DNA of 64,000 nt from Paraphysomonas bandaiensis (GCA_965644295.1 CBFFRP010000078.1:186001-250000); one strand, 5' to 3'; shown: positions 23,035 to 36,391, counted from the first letter of the stretch. The notes: generated by a model not told the origin, from the sequence alone. Program-made: numbers and translations.

Positions 23035-24167
23035 ATAACCAAGAATGAAGCAGAGTGAACGGCCTTGTGGAGAGCATGCAGAAGGTCCTTCTGAGACGCG
23101 TCATCCTTGGTAGACACAAACCAATATCCAATCCAAGAGGAAAGAACACCAGCGCCAGCAAGCCAGAAAGGAAGAGCCATGAGAGCAACATCACCCTCAG
23201 CAAGAGTAACAGTTGCGATGATAGAACCAACGAAAGACTCGAAGAGATCAGCTCCCATACCAGCCACGTCACCAACATTATCACCGACATTATCAGCAAT
23301 GACAGCAGGATTACGGGGATCGTCCTCAGGAATACCCTGCTCAACCTTACCAACAAGATCAGCACCTACGTCAGCTGCCTTGGTGTAGATGCCACCAGTG
23401 ACACGGGCAAAAAGGGCAATCGAAGAAGCGCCGAATCCAAAACCAGCGAGAGATTCAGCAGCCCATTGGTACGTAACAGCTTTGTTAGGATAAGTGGCTG
23501 CATCCTCAGAGCTGATGTCGTCAGAGTCGCGACCGTAGCTCATAAGGATAAGGAAAATGGACACTCCAAAAAGGCCAAGTCCAACAACACAGAATCCCAT
23601 CACAGCACCTCCAGAGAAAGCAACACGGAGAGCAGCGTTGAGACCGAGTTTGTCGGCGGCATGGGTCGTACGTGTGTTGGCATCGGTGGCAACAATCATA
23701 CCAACCCAACCAGCAGTTGCAGATAAAAGGGCACCAGCAATAAAGCAACCTGCAACTCTGATACCATCCGTATCATCCGTACGAGTAGAAGATGCAGAAA
23801 ACATCAAGAGAAGAATAGCAGCAACACAGAATACAAAACCAGTAAGATATTTGTACTCTGTAATAAGAAAAGAACGTGATCCAGATGCAATAGAATCAGA
23901 TAACTTTTGCATCTTTTCACTTCCACGATCATATCCTTTTAATTTTTGTGTAAGGTATACACACATAAGTATAGAGATGGCTGCACCAACTAAAGAAAGA
24001 GAAACAATCTCATCCACACCCATATTGCCTGCAAGTTACATATAATAATATTAGAAGATTATAACAATATTAATACTTAGATTATACTTACAGGGAAATG
24101 TATCATAGTTCTCCTTTGAGCAGAAGTCTGACTTGGAGTCACCAAGTCCATCAAGAGTATATGTCAT
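21735..24167 (-). CDS. hppA: Membrane-integral ion-pumping pyrophosphatase, K+-dependent, with Na+-PPase-like gate residues (~789 aa, 2 exons)
   Basis: Contains [81 protein letters not shown] and [14 protein letters not shown], plus many hydrophobic helices. An upstream exon 24167-24092 (MTYTLDG...) splices in frame via GT-AG to 24028. Confidence 0.95.
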
Positions 24168-24958
24168 AGTTCAATCAGTATCTACACCAGATATTTCTAT
24201 GACAAACAATAATATTTTGCTAAATAAGATGCAAATATATAAAATAGAGTGTTATATAATATCTCGTTGCATAGATTGCATATATATACACAATCTATTG
24301 CACTGAAATCTAACAGCCACAAGATTTCAGATCCATGACATGCAAATGTGTGGTTTGGAATATGGCGATAGTATCTTAAAGAGGTAGAACTTTCTTCGAC
24401 ATGAAATTCGAATTTCGGTAGAGAAGAAAAGGAATACGTTGTATATATACACTGTATATATCTCTATATACATACCATCCAACTACGTATATATACTACA
24501 GCAAGCACTACCATATGCATGCTCTACATACACTGTAGAGGAGACAGTAGGAATTCCTATACCCCCAACACTACGAGTATACAGGCCGGTTGATCATCCG
24601 GCCTAGCCGAATGGGGCGAACTTAGATCGGCCTAAAATAGCCGAAGCTGGCCGGAACATCCAACACACTTCAATGAAGTATTTTTAAAAAAAAAATGAAG
24701 TGTATTTTTTTTTGAAACGAAGTGAAAGAAGTTGAAATTTAGATCACTTCAAAATTAAGTATGTATATATAAACGATTATATTGTGCCTACATTATACAG
24801 CAGTGTTTTAAAGGGTTATCTACCTTAAATATTAACTAGCTGTTCAATACTTACATATTCATATAGATCATACTAGCAAATACATGGTATGTATGTGGAC
24901 CATGTGGATTTGAATTGGAATTTAAAGTTCAGTTAATCATTACAAACTTATTATAATA

Positions 24959-26701
24959 ATGGAAGAACTTGTAGAGAAATTTAATGATGGAGAAGATGCT
25001 GTTATTCTATTGAATATTGAATCCATTACAAAATTTTCATATTATGAAACTAATATTAAAACAATTACTAAACTATGTCCACGTGTTTCAGTAATATGTC
25101 TATATAATTCCATGTCTCATGAAAGTGTACCATCATCTAATCATATCATTTTCCTTGATTTGACATATCATACACGTTCATTATATATGGAATATTTATT
25201 GGAACATACTAAACTTATATTTCTTGTTAATATGTCATTATGTGTATTCACTGAAGGCAAATATTCAAGTATATCAGAATGTATATTATCAAATTTATTA
25301 AAAGATTCAACGGATGTATATTGTTTACATTCAGTTGAAAATCTTTGTGCAATATTTAATACTGGTGGATTAACATATAAACATTCTGATGAAAAAGATT
25401 TATTATATCTAAGATCTCATTTGAAAGATATCTCTATTGTTCATATGGTACTCAATTATATATATATTAAATTGATATTATTAATATCTATGATCTATAT
25501 AGATTGGTGAACCTACTCAGGTTCTTTCATTGATGACTTGGGGATTAAATAATCTTAATTCATTAAAGTATGGCACTATGGTAAGCCCTGATATGTGCTA
25601 GTGATATGGGTTAATGCATCACTATTCAGATGAATACGAAACCTGAGCCAAGGGTCTTACCACACACGGAGACAAATGCGCTCGACAAGGCTTCCATTGA
25701 CAGGGTAGAAAGAGAGCACACTTTAATTAATATGTCTGAAATATTTGCACCACTATTTGCGAGTGTAAGTACTGGCTCTGTCATCGTGCCCAACTGAGTA
25801 TATACATAGACATTTGCGACGGCTAGAATAGAGGAGGAGTCTCACTCCGGATCAGTCAGCGAAGGTACAACAGATCCTTCATGTTGTGTTTGACCACTAA
25901 CATGAATGGTTTAGTACGTGAGGAGGGAGAATGGTCGAGATTTTCTCCTCATGCGAGATTTTCTCCTCATCAGAGTGGTAACTCAGACACTCACGTTGAT
26001 ATAAATGACGATAATGATGTGCCATTGCTGACTCTGCTGCCTGATGCCGCGGAGAAGCCCCGACCGCGGGCCCGTAAAAGACAAGCGGCGGAACCTCTCC
26101 ATCCTCCGAGACATCCTCGTACTCAGAAATATGGATCCTTTCTTCCTGGGCGGGTGGATATGTATATATTTTGTCTCAATAATTTCTTAGCTTTACTAAA
26201 CTCCTCTCTTTTAGGCATGATGAGAACTCTTTAGAAAGCACAGACTCAAGGGTGACTGGTGCGTGTACCCTAATATCTGTTTTGATCATCTAAGTTGGGA
26301 TCAGGTGTGCCTGTTGAGGAATCGTCCCAGTCATCGATGGCAACACTGGCTGACATTGCTGTGCATGTATCATCCACCCCGGAAAGGCCTTTTCAGCATA
26401 TTTTTGCAAGTACAAAGAATGTATGTGAAATATTATGCAATAGATATATATTGTTGCCTGATAATTTTTGTCTTACCAGTTGATATCTTCCCCTCAACGA
26501 GGCACTACATCTGCCACGCAATTATATAGTCAAGAGAGCGACGGAGAGGGTAGTTTTCCTCCGCTAAGTCAGATCAGTGCATTAACAGGCGATATAGATG
26601 GAATGTCTGAATTGGAAAGAACGAGTTCAACTGTTTCTCAAGGGAAGGAACTGAACCGCAAGTTTAGCTTTTTGAGTGGATTTTCGCAAGATAGTGTGTA
26701 G
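24959..26701 (+). CDS. Hypothetical multi-exon protein
   Basis: Successive plus-strand ORFs (24959, 25881, 26295, 26468) are separated by plausible short GT-AG introns. No domain recognised; exon joins are approximate. Confidence 0.5.
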
Positions 26702-27876
26702 ATGGGAAAATATTCCGCAATGCTATTAGTTCGTTGTATAGGAATATTGTGTTGTTGCAGTTTGTTAGATAGCTTGTGATACTGCAAGGATAGATTATAA
26801 TTGATGACATAATGGATTGTGTAGGAATTATTGCTAGTGGAAGTGCGTAAGTAAAGAACAAGGAGTACGTAATCATTGACGATTCCAATTGTTTTATATG
26901 ATTTACGAATACAACGTGACTATATTATATATTATATTCTTTTCTGTATACCACCCCACTCTACATATAATTACAAATATAGAACAACAATTCTATTTTT
27001 ATGAATGGGAGAGTAATCTACCACTGTACGTCATCAACTACGAAATTCTAATATTAAAGTTAATATTCTAAGTTCAACTTGCACTGTTGGCTCCTTCAGG
27101 CGCTATGTTACTCTGGTTTAAACTCGTTTCCATGATTAATCTCTTAGTCATAGATTAGAAATTCAAGATGCTAATGTGTGGCTTCAGAGATTACTCGAAC
27201 TTTCTGATTTGGGTACTGATATTTATGGAGCGCTTCTTGGGGTTAGTTTCATTATCTTTGAGTAGTTATAATATATTGTAGCAATGATACGTAGAAGCAA
27301 GATCAATAGTAGGCAATTTGTTGTTCCTGAGCTTGGATCTTGCAGTGATACATAGTAGACTTACAACTACTTACTGAATTATCTTTCTATCGTACAGAGT
27401 ATATGTCATAACAATATGCTTTGCACTAAGAATAGATGTTACGATGAGAATTACCGTTAGAGAAAGTGCTATGGATTAATTTGTTCTGCTACAAGTACAT
27501 ATGTAACAACAAGCAAGCAAGAAGGTTGCATTGATCAAATGCATCCATATCGGGATATAAAAGTTACTAGCGTAGCCCGTTGAAATAACATAAAATATTA
27601 TGTAACCCGTCCAAATGACATCCGGATATACAACCAGTCCGTGAATTATTATCCAAGAACTTTCCTCAAGGGTCTGTAAGTATACATCCACTCGTACTGC
27701 TATAGCAGTGCTGTGGATCTACCATTATACATACATGTATATATACACATCTACATCTCTATTACTCTCATAATTCAGAGCCATAATATCCATCTATAGA
27801 TATACCATACATTTCATCATCTACACAATCTCTTCATTTCATTCATTCATTCTATTAAATCCTCATATAACCAACA

Positions 27877-30405
27877 ATGTTACAAGAGATCTTACATAAT
27901 GAACATATCGATAATGATATCTCTGAATATATCATTAATATATTAAATAATGATCCATCTGATCTATCCTCTATACAAGAATTACTTGATCATACAGATG
28001 TTAATACAGATGATATTATGAAGAAAATAAAGAGTGTATTGGGAGATCATACAGAGCCGGAAATGGAATCAGTTGAGTGTGATGTTCGTATATTGAATGA
28101 GTCAAAGACATTAAATAGTCGAGATATCAAAGATACACCTGTTATAAAGCCATTAGCTGCTATGCAATCAATGGATGATAAGGGGTTATTGAATGATAAA
28201 GAACCATTGACTGAAAGTGCTAATGATGAGGTGTTTCAAGATGATAGCAATCCTACTAATTGTTATATGGATGATAATGAGGAGGAAGCTGCTTTGCAGG
28301 CTGCTTTGGATGATACGGACGATTTCGCTAGTGCTTGGCAAGAATGTAAAGCTGAAGGTAGAGTCTGGGGTGGGAGGGGATATGGTGGACGAGGAGTCGC
28401 AAGAAGGTACCAGTGTGCTTCGAAAGGTTTCACACGCGACGTCGTGGTCGATGGGGTGACACTTGCATTCGCTGGGAAAGAGCTTCTTTCAGTGACTACC
28501 TTACGATTGGTGTCTGGACGCAGGTACGCGTTGCTGGGACGCAATGGAATGGGAAAATCAACGCTCCTGCGACGCATCGCTGCCGGTGCACTTCCTGGGT
28601 TCCCTCAGCATCTAACTGTATCGTACCTAGCCCAGGAACCCCGACCTCCAGTAGGAGAAGCTGCGCAGAGATCATCCATTGATGCATTATTGCTAGGTGC
28701 TTGCAAAAAGCGGAAAGCAGTTCTGGAAGCCGAGAGAGAAGACCTTGAGGCTATACTTTCTGGAGACTATGCCATCGATAGTGAAGGTAATGGTGCTGAA
28801 GAAGATGAGACGGATCGCATTGAAAGAGAGGCAGCTATTGCAGAACGTTTGGGTGAATTGGATGAGGAGTTGGAAGAGATGTCCTTATCTAACGGTGGGG
28901 CTAGAGAAAAATGCTATAAAATGCTTTCAGAGCTGGGATTTGACGAAAAGCTTATCAATACGCCAGTTGGAACATTATCAGGCGGATGGAGAATGCGTGT
29001 TGAACTGGCCTCGGCACTCATCGCTAAAGCCGATATACTTCTGCTGGATGAGCCGACTAACCATTTGGATCTGAGGGGTGTTTTATGGCTAGAATCTTAC
29101 CTACTAGAGACAAGTAATAGTAAGGCTTATGCCCCAACTATGTTGATTGTCTCACATGACCGTGCGTTCGTGGCTGCAGTAGCCACGGACATTATTGTTA
29201 TGGAGGGCGCCCAATTGAGATACTTTGATGGCGGATTGGAAGCATTTGAGCAGCGCGAGGAAGAGCGAGCGGTTGCTCATGAACACAGACTGGATGCTCG
29301 CGTGAGACAAGAAACTGCTGCGAGAGAAGCAGCGGCGAAAATGAAGCAGCGTGCAGTCAAAAGTGGGAATGATAATGCTATGCGAGCAGCTAAACAACGC
29401 CTGAATAAAATTGATCGTGTGGGTCTATTCAGAGACGATGGAAAACGTTTTAAAACACGAAGTCTACAAAAGCTTGATGAAAGCTATTCTCTTTTACCCA
29501 GTAGAGTTGAAGCGCGAGCTGTGTCGAAAAATGATACTTTTATATTTCCATCCCCACTATCATGTGAGAAAGGTCGGGCCTTAGTTTCTCTAGACAGCGT
29601 TACTCTCGTGAGGGGAGAAAAAGATATTGTAAGGGGTGTCAATGCATTTCTTTATCCGGGCACACGAGCGGCAGTTGTTGGGGATAACGGTGCGGGGAAG
29701 ACCACACTACTGCAGGCCTTAGCAGGTGCCCTTGAGCCATGTGAAGGGACACGTCTGACATCGCAGGGGTGCAAGATCGCATTTGTTTCTCAGCATCATG
29801 CGGACGAGCTGATGCATAAATGCATATCTCCTCGAGAAGGGGCCGCTGAGATGCTCGCGCGCCTGTACTCTGTGTCGGAATTAGAATCTCGCGCACGGTT
29901 AGGAAAGTTTGGTATATCTGGTAACACAGCTCTACTTCCGCTGAAGAGCTTATCTGGTGGACAACGTGTCCGCGTTTCACTTGCTTCAATAACATGGGAT
30001 GCGCCGGATGTACTTTTACTCGACGAACCGACGAATCACTGTGATATGAGTGCTTTAGACGCTCTATCAGCCGCCCTATCTGAATTTCCAGGAGCTGTTG
30101 CTGTTGTAAGCCATAACCGAAGTTTCCTTGCTGCATGCTGTACCGAATTATGGATTGTTGAGAACCGTTCGCTTCGAGTTGAGCGCCCACCTCCTGGTGA
30201 AGAAGGATCAGATGATGCATTTTCGTTACTCTTTGCGGAATACGCCACGAGAGTGCTAGGACATGGTACGGGAGGTGTGAAGACATACGTAGGTTCTAAC
30301 TCTCGGGCTGCAAGGACCGCTGCTGCGATTGATAGCAGCAAATCCAAACGCCGTGGTAAAGACAAAAAGAGTGGGGCAGCTAGTGAACGCTCTGGGTTTA
30401 TTTAA
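27877..30405 (+). CDS. ABC-F family soluble ATPase (ABCF3/GCN20-like), intronless
   Basis: Two ABC domains with no TM segments: GRNGMGKST/LSGGWRMR/LLLDEPTNHLD/VSHDR and GDNGAGKTT/LSGGQRVR/LLLDEPTNHCD/VSHNR. Confidence 0.93.
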   Translation: MLQEILHNEHIDNDISEYIINILNNDPSDLSSIQELLDHTDVNTDDIMKKIKSVLGDHTEPEMESVECDVRILNESKTLNSRDIKDTPVIKPLAAMQSMDDKGLLNDKEPLTESANDEVFQDDSNPTNCYMDDNEEEAALQAALDDTDDFASAWQECKAEGRVWGGRGYGGRGVARRYQCASKGFTRDVVVDGVTLAFAGKELLSVTTLRLVSGRRYALLGRNGMGKSTLLRRIAAGALPGFPQHLTVSYLAQEPRPPVGEAAQRSSIDALLLGACKKRKAVLEAEREDLEAILSGDYAIDSEGNGAEEDETDRIEREAAIAERLGELDEELEEMSLSNGGAREKCYKMLSELGFDEKLINTPVGTLSGGWRMRVELASALIAKADILLLDEPTNHLDLRGVLWLESYLLETSNSKAYAPTMLIVSHDRAFVAAVATDIIVMEGAQLRYFDGGLEAFEQREEERAVAHEHRLDARVRQETAAREAAAKMKQRAVKSGNDNAMRAAKQRLNKIDRVGLFRDDGKRFKTRSLQKLDESYSLLPSRVEARAVSKNDTFIFPSPLSCEKGRALVSLDSVTLVRGEKDIVRGVNAFLYPGTRAAVVGDNGAGKTTLLQALAGALEPCEGTRLTSQGCKIAFVSQHHADELMHKCISPREGAAEMLARLYSVSELESRARLGKFGISGNTALLPLKSLSGGQRVRVSLASITWDAPDVLLLDEPTNHCDMSALDALSAALSEFPGAVAVVSHNRSFLAACCTELWIVENRSLRVERPPPGEEGSDDAFSLLFAEYATRVLGHGTGGVKTYVGSNSRAARTAAAIDSSKSKRRGKDKKSGAASERSGFI

Positions 30406-30609
30406 CATGATGGTTGCATTTACTACAGAAAAACAACTATTTCTATGCGTAACAAATGTGTGGAGCACTTAGATATGGTGGTATTTCTTCATATTTAGTC
30501 ATCAGATAAAAATATTTTCGTAGTCTTACCAACATATGACGGCAAACTTAATAATATAGGGAGAATTATAGACACAAGTACGCGCATATATATATTTCAT
30601 TGAGTAGTG

Positions 30610-30790
30610 AATGTCTAATTATTAGCAATAGACGTGTAAGAGCCATAACTATTAGGTGCTACGAATGTTAGCACTAATGTAGCAAAACAATTCAACTATC
30701 TAGTGCTTAAATCTGATATCCTACTATTTTACGCTACTAAAGCTGCTTGTGTGTCACCGCAAGCACCAAGCTGCAACCACTTTCGCACTA
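30610..30790. repeat. Inverted copy of the dispersed repeat at 16600-16810
   Basis: ATCCTACTATTTTACGCTACTAAAGCTGCTTGTGTGTCACCGCAAGCACCAAGCTGCAACCAC is a diverged reverse complement of ~16627-16690. Confidence 0.7.
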
Positions 30791-31238
30791 TCGATCAGAG
30801 CAAACGCAGTGAGCAAGCAGAATGTTGATATACCTATAGACCTTGTATCTGCTGACTTCAGGTATATTTCATGGATAAATTGTCACGGGAAGTCAAGTGA
30901 ACAATAATATTACAAGTTAGCTTCACCGGTGGGCCATATTAGGTATCTATAAGTACATATGTACTGAGACCCACCAATGCTCCAAAATGTAATATTCCTA
31001 TACAGCACACAGCACATGTTGCAGCAATTCTATATATTGCTTTCTAGCCCTGACATTGTTCAACAATGCTCTCACTCAAGTCCTATAAATCCATATGATA
31101 TATATTATATTATCTACACCTTCACAGTGAAAGTACAGGGGGCAATGAACTGTTGCAGACTATATATATAGGCCACATAACAATAGTCATCATCAAATGG
31201 GCGCTGTGCTATCACTACTCTAAATCAGACGTACATAA

Positions 31239-33324
31239 CTAGTCCATTGAAGGCCCATCATCAGCTTCCGTGTACGAGTATTCCCCTGATAGTTTCCTTA
31301 GTTTGGCCCATGAATAAATATATGACACTGACCTGGATACATTGTGTTTTCATTTTCATCATCTTCACCAAACTCATCGCACATTCCTCTCAGCTGCTTG
31401 TACTCCTCGTCCAGGTAAGAAAAGCCCTCGTAGTCCAAAACGGAGGCTTCCGGTGCAGTATTTGGTGCATCTTTTACACTCATCTTAGTGAATTCTGAGT
31501 CGAAGTTCCTCGTGTCTGCAGCATCTGGGCCAGAAAGTGGTACGAAAGGTGGCCTCACTTGACCCTTCTCCAGTGCCTCCCAATCCAGCTCATCAAAAAA
31601 TGGATGAGTTTGTAGAACACCTAATCCTCCAGACTTTCGTGAGCCGAGTCTACTGTTGGGATTCCTCTCTAGAAACCCGCGAATCAGCTGCTGCGCCTCT
31701 GGAGAGATGGAATATTTTGCGGGAAAACGTATAGGCTTCTTGAGGATCTTCTCACACATCCTGTCAAAGTCTTTGTCGAAAAATGGTGGCCAACCAGTCA
31801 AGAGCTCAAATGACACGATTCCTAATGACCACCAATCAACATCTCTGCAAAACACAGGGGCAGATAGGTGAGGGTAAGGGGAAGTAACATCTAATTTGGA
31901 CTCACATGCTATATCCAGTATTATGTCGCCTATGCTGGATGAGTTCGGGAGCCAGATACTCTGGTGTACCGCAGAAGGTGGTCGCATACAGCGCTTTCTT
32001 AGTCCCATCAGCAGCAACTTCAGATGAGAGGACCTGCAGAACACGGCTAACACACTACATGTGGTACATCATCTCTCCGCTACCTTCGATAAACCGAAGT
32101 CAGTCAGTTTGACATGTCCAAATCGATCTAGCAAGACATTCTCAGGCTTCATATCACCTACAATCCCCGTTACAGGACTCACAAAACGATAGAGTCTTAC
32201 GGTATATAATGTTTCTTGCGTGAAGGTGGTGTAAGGCCATTGAAAGCTCGGCGGTGTAAAACCGCATCATGCTCTCTGAAAACCTCCGCATTTTCTTGAG
32301 GTGGAAAAAAAGTTCACCACCGGAGCAGTAATCTGTTACCATATACAGCTTGTGGGGGGTTTGGAAGGCGTATCTAAGACGCAGCACAAAGGGACTTGTC
32401 GTCATGGCCATTATTCGTCGCTCTGCCATTGTGTGATCGACCTGTTTTCTCTTTTCAACTTCTGCTTTCTTGAGAGCCTGCAAAAATGGCAAAGTGAAAC
32501 AAATATATATGAAACGGGCATCTCACCTTCATGGCATACACTTCTTCGGCTGGCGCTCCCACTGGGCGTACAAGAAATACTTTCCCGAATGAACCCTGTC
32601 CCAATACCTTTATAAGGTCGAAGTCGTGAATAGAAAGGGCGGCGGAAAGAGATCCCATAGAAGCAGATCGCTTCATTCCATTTTCGATACCAGCAGCATT
32701 ATACCGCAAATTCTACAAGGGGGAAAAGAATAAGACTAATGGTATACAAGTTAAATATATACCTGAGCAACATTCAGGAAGTAATTCAATTCAAGAGGAA
32801 TGGGTTTCATTGCGAGAATTTCAGTTAGGTATGCTTCGAACTTCTCCTTGCGCTCCACCAAGCAATCCTCAGAAAAATTAAAAAACCAACGCTTTTTCGG
32901 GAACTCAAGCTCCCGTGGCTTCTGGAATACTCTACAAAGCTCTTTGTGAAGATCAAGGAATTCAGAATACCGCTGCAGCATACAGATATTATATGTTGCA
33001 ATCAATAACACAAAGGCACTGCCTCTCTACCTTATCAACAGTCCAATGCAATCCACTTTTCATAAATACATGAACCGGATATATGGCATATACACCTCCT
33101 TTTTTAGCCTTCATAAACTTCCATGATGATATACGTATGTAGTTTAGGTCTCTATGATCATCTAATGACCTGTATATATACATATGTACGTATTAAAACA
33201 TATACATTACAATATAATTATATATAATCTACCATGATGTTGAATTATCATTCTGTGATGTTTCCATTCTTGGTGTTGCACTATTTGATCTTATTAATGC
33301 TGAATTATCATCACATAAAGACAT
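31239..33324 (-). CDS. PX-domain AGC Ser/Thr kinase (SGK3/CISK-like architecture), multi-exon
   Basis: PX motifs [26 protein letters not shown]. Kinase motifs [41 protein letters not shown] and DWWSLG. AGC tail PPFVP..NFDSEFT..YEGFSY. Last exon ends GPSMD* at 31239. Confidence 0.9.
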
Positions 33325-35152
33325 GTAATCCAATATCTATGTATATACCCTCTAGAGCTTATGATCTATCTAAATAACAATACACAAACACTTCTATTGA
33401 ATAAAGAACACTAAAGGCATACAAAGTAATATTGTTCTCTATATTCTTATCCTTTAGATTGCTTATATATGACTTATAGTGTAATGTGACTGTCATGTAC
33501 ATAAAAATACATATGCATATATATATACTTACATATATATATATGCCTAAACCCAGTGACTCACTTCTACTACAGTGTATTCATAGATTATCACCCCATT
33601 AATCTCAGTACGATGGAGTACGATAATAATGTATGGAGTCGACTGTATAGGTGTGGTACGTACGAAAAATATACTATCAGCAGTGTGACAGTATTATGAC
33701 AAGAGCTGTTTGTCCCAATAACTGGATGAATAGAGTACGATGCCGTTTGCCCCAATAGTCCTTACAGCTGTGCTGTCTATGTATACGTATATATGGGCAG
33801 AGAGGTACATGTATATATTTGTCCACGTATAGGCATAGACAGCCATGTGTGTAGTAATTGAGGATATGGGTGAAATTATAATGACTAAACTCTATGGGTA
33901 TATGAGCTTTGCTGCTTCGGCTAGTGGTGCATTACTAACCAATACTGACTGCTAATACCGTTTGAACCTTACTTAGAAGTAGCTACATCTGCCTTGTGAC
34001 ATCCACATGCCTAAACGTACATACACCATCTCAAAATCTTCATATTCAGCATGTCATTTCGTTACTACATTATCTCAATACGTCCGATAGTAGAACCCTT
34101 CTCTGGCGCTTAGATCTCCTCTACTTTTTAGAGTATAGACAATCATACCCGAATTATATATTGTTGATCTATAATACTATAAGGTAAGAAATAGTTAAAA
34201 ACCAATAATTCTATTCGTGGCATTCAATGTGCCATACTATTGTTGTTGGGCTTGTACATTTTCAGGAAGTACAACTCCAACCACTTCATTCAATTTTAAT
34301 TAATCAATATCTTTCTTTTATACGTGCTAAAATATTATTGTCTATTAAATTATAATGTTTTTTAGCATTGATACAGACACCACATAGCTGTATCTTTAAA
34401 CCATATCAGAAGTAGATTTTTTTCCTTTTTCGTGTTGCACTATGAATGAATATACTATGTGCTCAATGCATGACGGAGCAATGTTTTGAAGTGGTTATGC
34501 GTTGCAGATGAATCCAAAATAAAACTTGATAGCTTCAGAGATATGTGCACTACATTTTTATCCAAAGTGGCTTGACTAGTATATCATTTGTTTCTAGTAC
34601 TTGCGAGCATATCATTGCCATGATGAAACTCATTTTCATGATTAATATTATCTCAGCTCAGAAACTTTTAGTATGAAGTGGTTGCTATACACTATAATAT
34701 GTATGAAATAGCTCACAGTAACAATATTGGTGGATCAAACAATATGTTGTTTCATAACTCTGCAATTTCTCAGGAACATTAAAGCCTGATATAATTTAGA
34801 AGTTTAGCCTTAAACTTTAACTCAAGCTATTCAGTCATGATCACTGTGTTTTTTAGACAGGTTGCTTCCATATTTCTGATTTCTGATACAATTCCTTCAT
34901 TGCAATTACAAAAAAATCAAAACTATGATATTTGGTGTAGGTAATATTTGAATGTGTGTTATTTACTTCTCACGAAATCATCATAGATGCATATTGAATT
35001 ATAGGTAGTAGATAGTAGATAGAGCCTAGAATTACAAGTAGCAGGCGCGGAGTGATGCATTGATAGCCCCTTTTGTATAATTTAGACGACAGAATACATA
35101 TATCACGAATTAGATAAAATGAATGATTTGTTGACATATATTTTTACTCTCA

Positions 35153-35745
35153 CTATGCAGATTTCATGTTGTATCTAAACGACTCAAGGAGTTCCGTGTC
35201 ACTTAACAAAGATGACATATCTTTATCCACATAGAGTGAGACTAATATGGACCCTAAATCTGCAAAAGGTATCCAGTACAGTAGTAATACGTCAATCTTC
35301 ATCTCCCAAAACACGTATGACCATGCCACACTTATCGCAATGCTGCAGAGCAGAGCACTGATCCAAAGTACCTTCGGGATGTTCTTTTGTCCAAACTAAT
35401 ACAGAAATAAGTAATGCGAATATAAATTTTACAATTCTAAACCTTGCAAATAGCTGCACTCGTGCAAAAGATGAATGCCGACATGACATAATACGCTACA
35501 AATAATTCTCTTTGTACAACATTTTCAAATCGGAGTTGGTGAATCATATTCCACGGTCTGATAGTAAAATCAACAAAGCAAAACGCAAATATAGCTGCTA
35601 CAATACTAAATGATATTGCAAATGCATTTCTTGTCCATTCATTCTGTTTTCTTGCATCACGCTTCAGACCATTTACAATTTCTTCTTGTTCCTCATTCTC
35701 CAGAAACTCCACACTCTCATTGTTCCCAGATTTCACTCGTTTCAT
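35153..35745 (-). CDS. Small multi-pass membrane protein, 2 exons
   Basis: MKRVKS..EFLENEEQEEIVNGLKRDARKQNEW followed by hydrophobic helices; one GT-AG intron (~35442-35396); ends YVDKDM..RYNMKSA*. Confidence 0.7.
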
Positions 35746-36097
35746 TGATACACGTTGTTTTCTAATATATAGATGATAGGTAAAGTGTTTTTGTATTGAT
35801 CTTCTTCTCTTTCTGTTGTATATATGATGAGATATGTGCTTTATTCCTATCCTCTTAAACATACCCGTGCAATCATAGTATGGAGAGTACAAAAGAGTTG
35901 ATGCCAAAAGTAGGATTTTGTAATAAATTGGACGTTTTCAATTCCAAAAATCATGGAAAATTTGAGTTTTATACAAATCATGCATGCATACAGCTGTACA
36001 GCAGTACTGAAGTACATTGTACTGCGCGAGCAGAGTACATAGATATATGTACTGGGGTACATCTATACAACAGCAGCAGTACATGCATGCATTTATG

Positions 36098-36248
36098 CGT
36101 ATCGGCATCCTTCGTATATTTTTGTTCAAAGATGCCTCTAATATTGAGACAACAATTATGTGTATTCCAGCCATAGTTATACTGCAGTTGTATAAAGTAT
36201 ATTTGCTTCATTTTATTCCCGAAAAATAAGATGCTGACTGCCGATACG
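36098..36248. mobile_element. Best-preserved copy of the ~145-bp element, with perfect 10-bp TIR CGTATCGGCA
   Basis: CGTATCGGCATCC...GATGCTGACTGCCGATACG, located in the divergent promoter region between the membrane-protein gene and the NBAS-like gene. Confidence 0.82.
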
Positions 36249-36391
36249 TGTATGTATGATATAAGATGCCTATGCATTCACTTGCAAACATCTCCATATT
36301 ACACATCATTAATATACACTTAGAATTAACTAACTAACCCTCATATATCTATAACTATCACATATGTATATACGATTAAACTAATATCTAT

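Noticed and set aside
17911-24045. Long plus-strand ORFs antisense to the PPase copies (e.g. 23055..23726, 21717..22271)
   Set aside because: They are shadow ORFs caused by the strong codon bias of the PPase gene and have no domain features.
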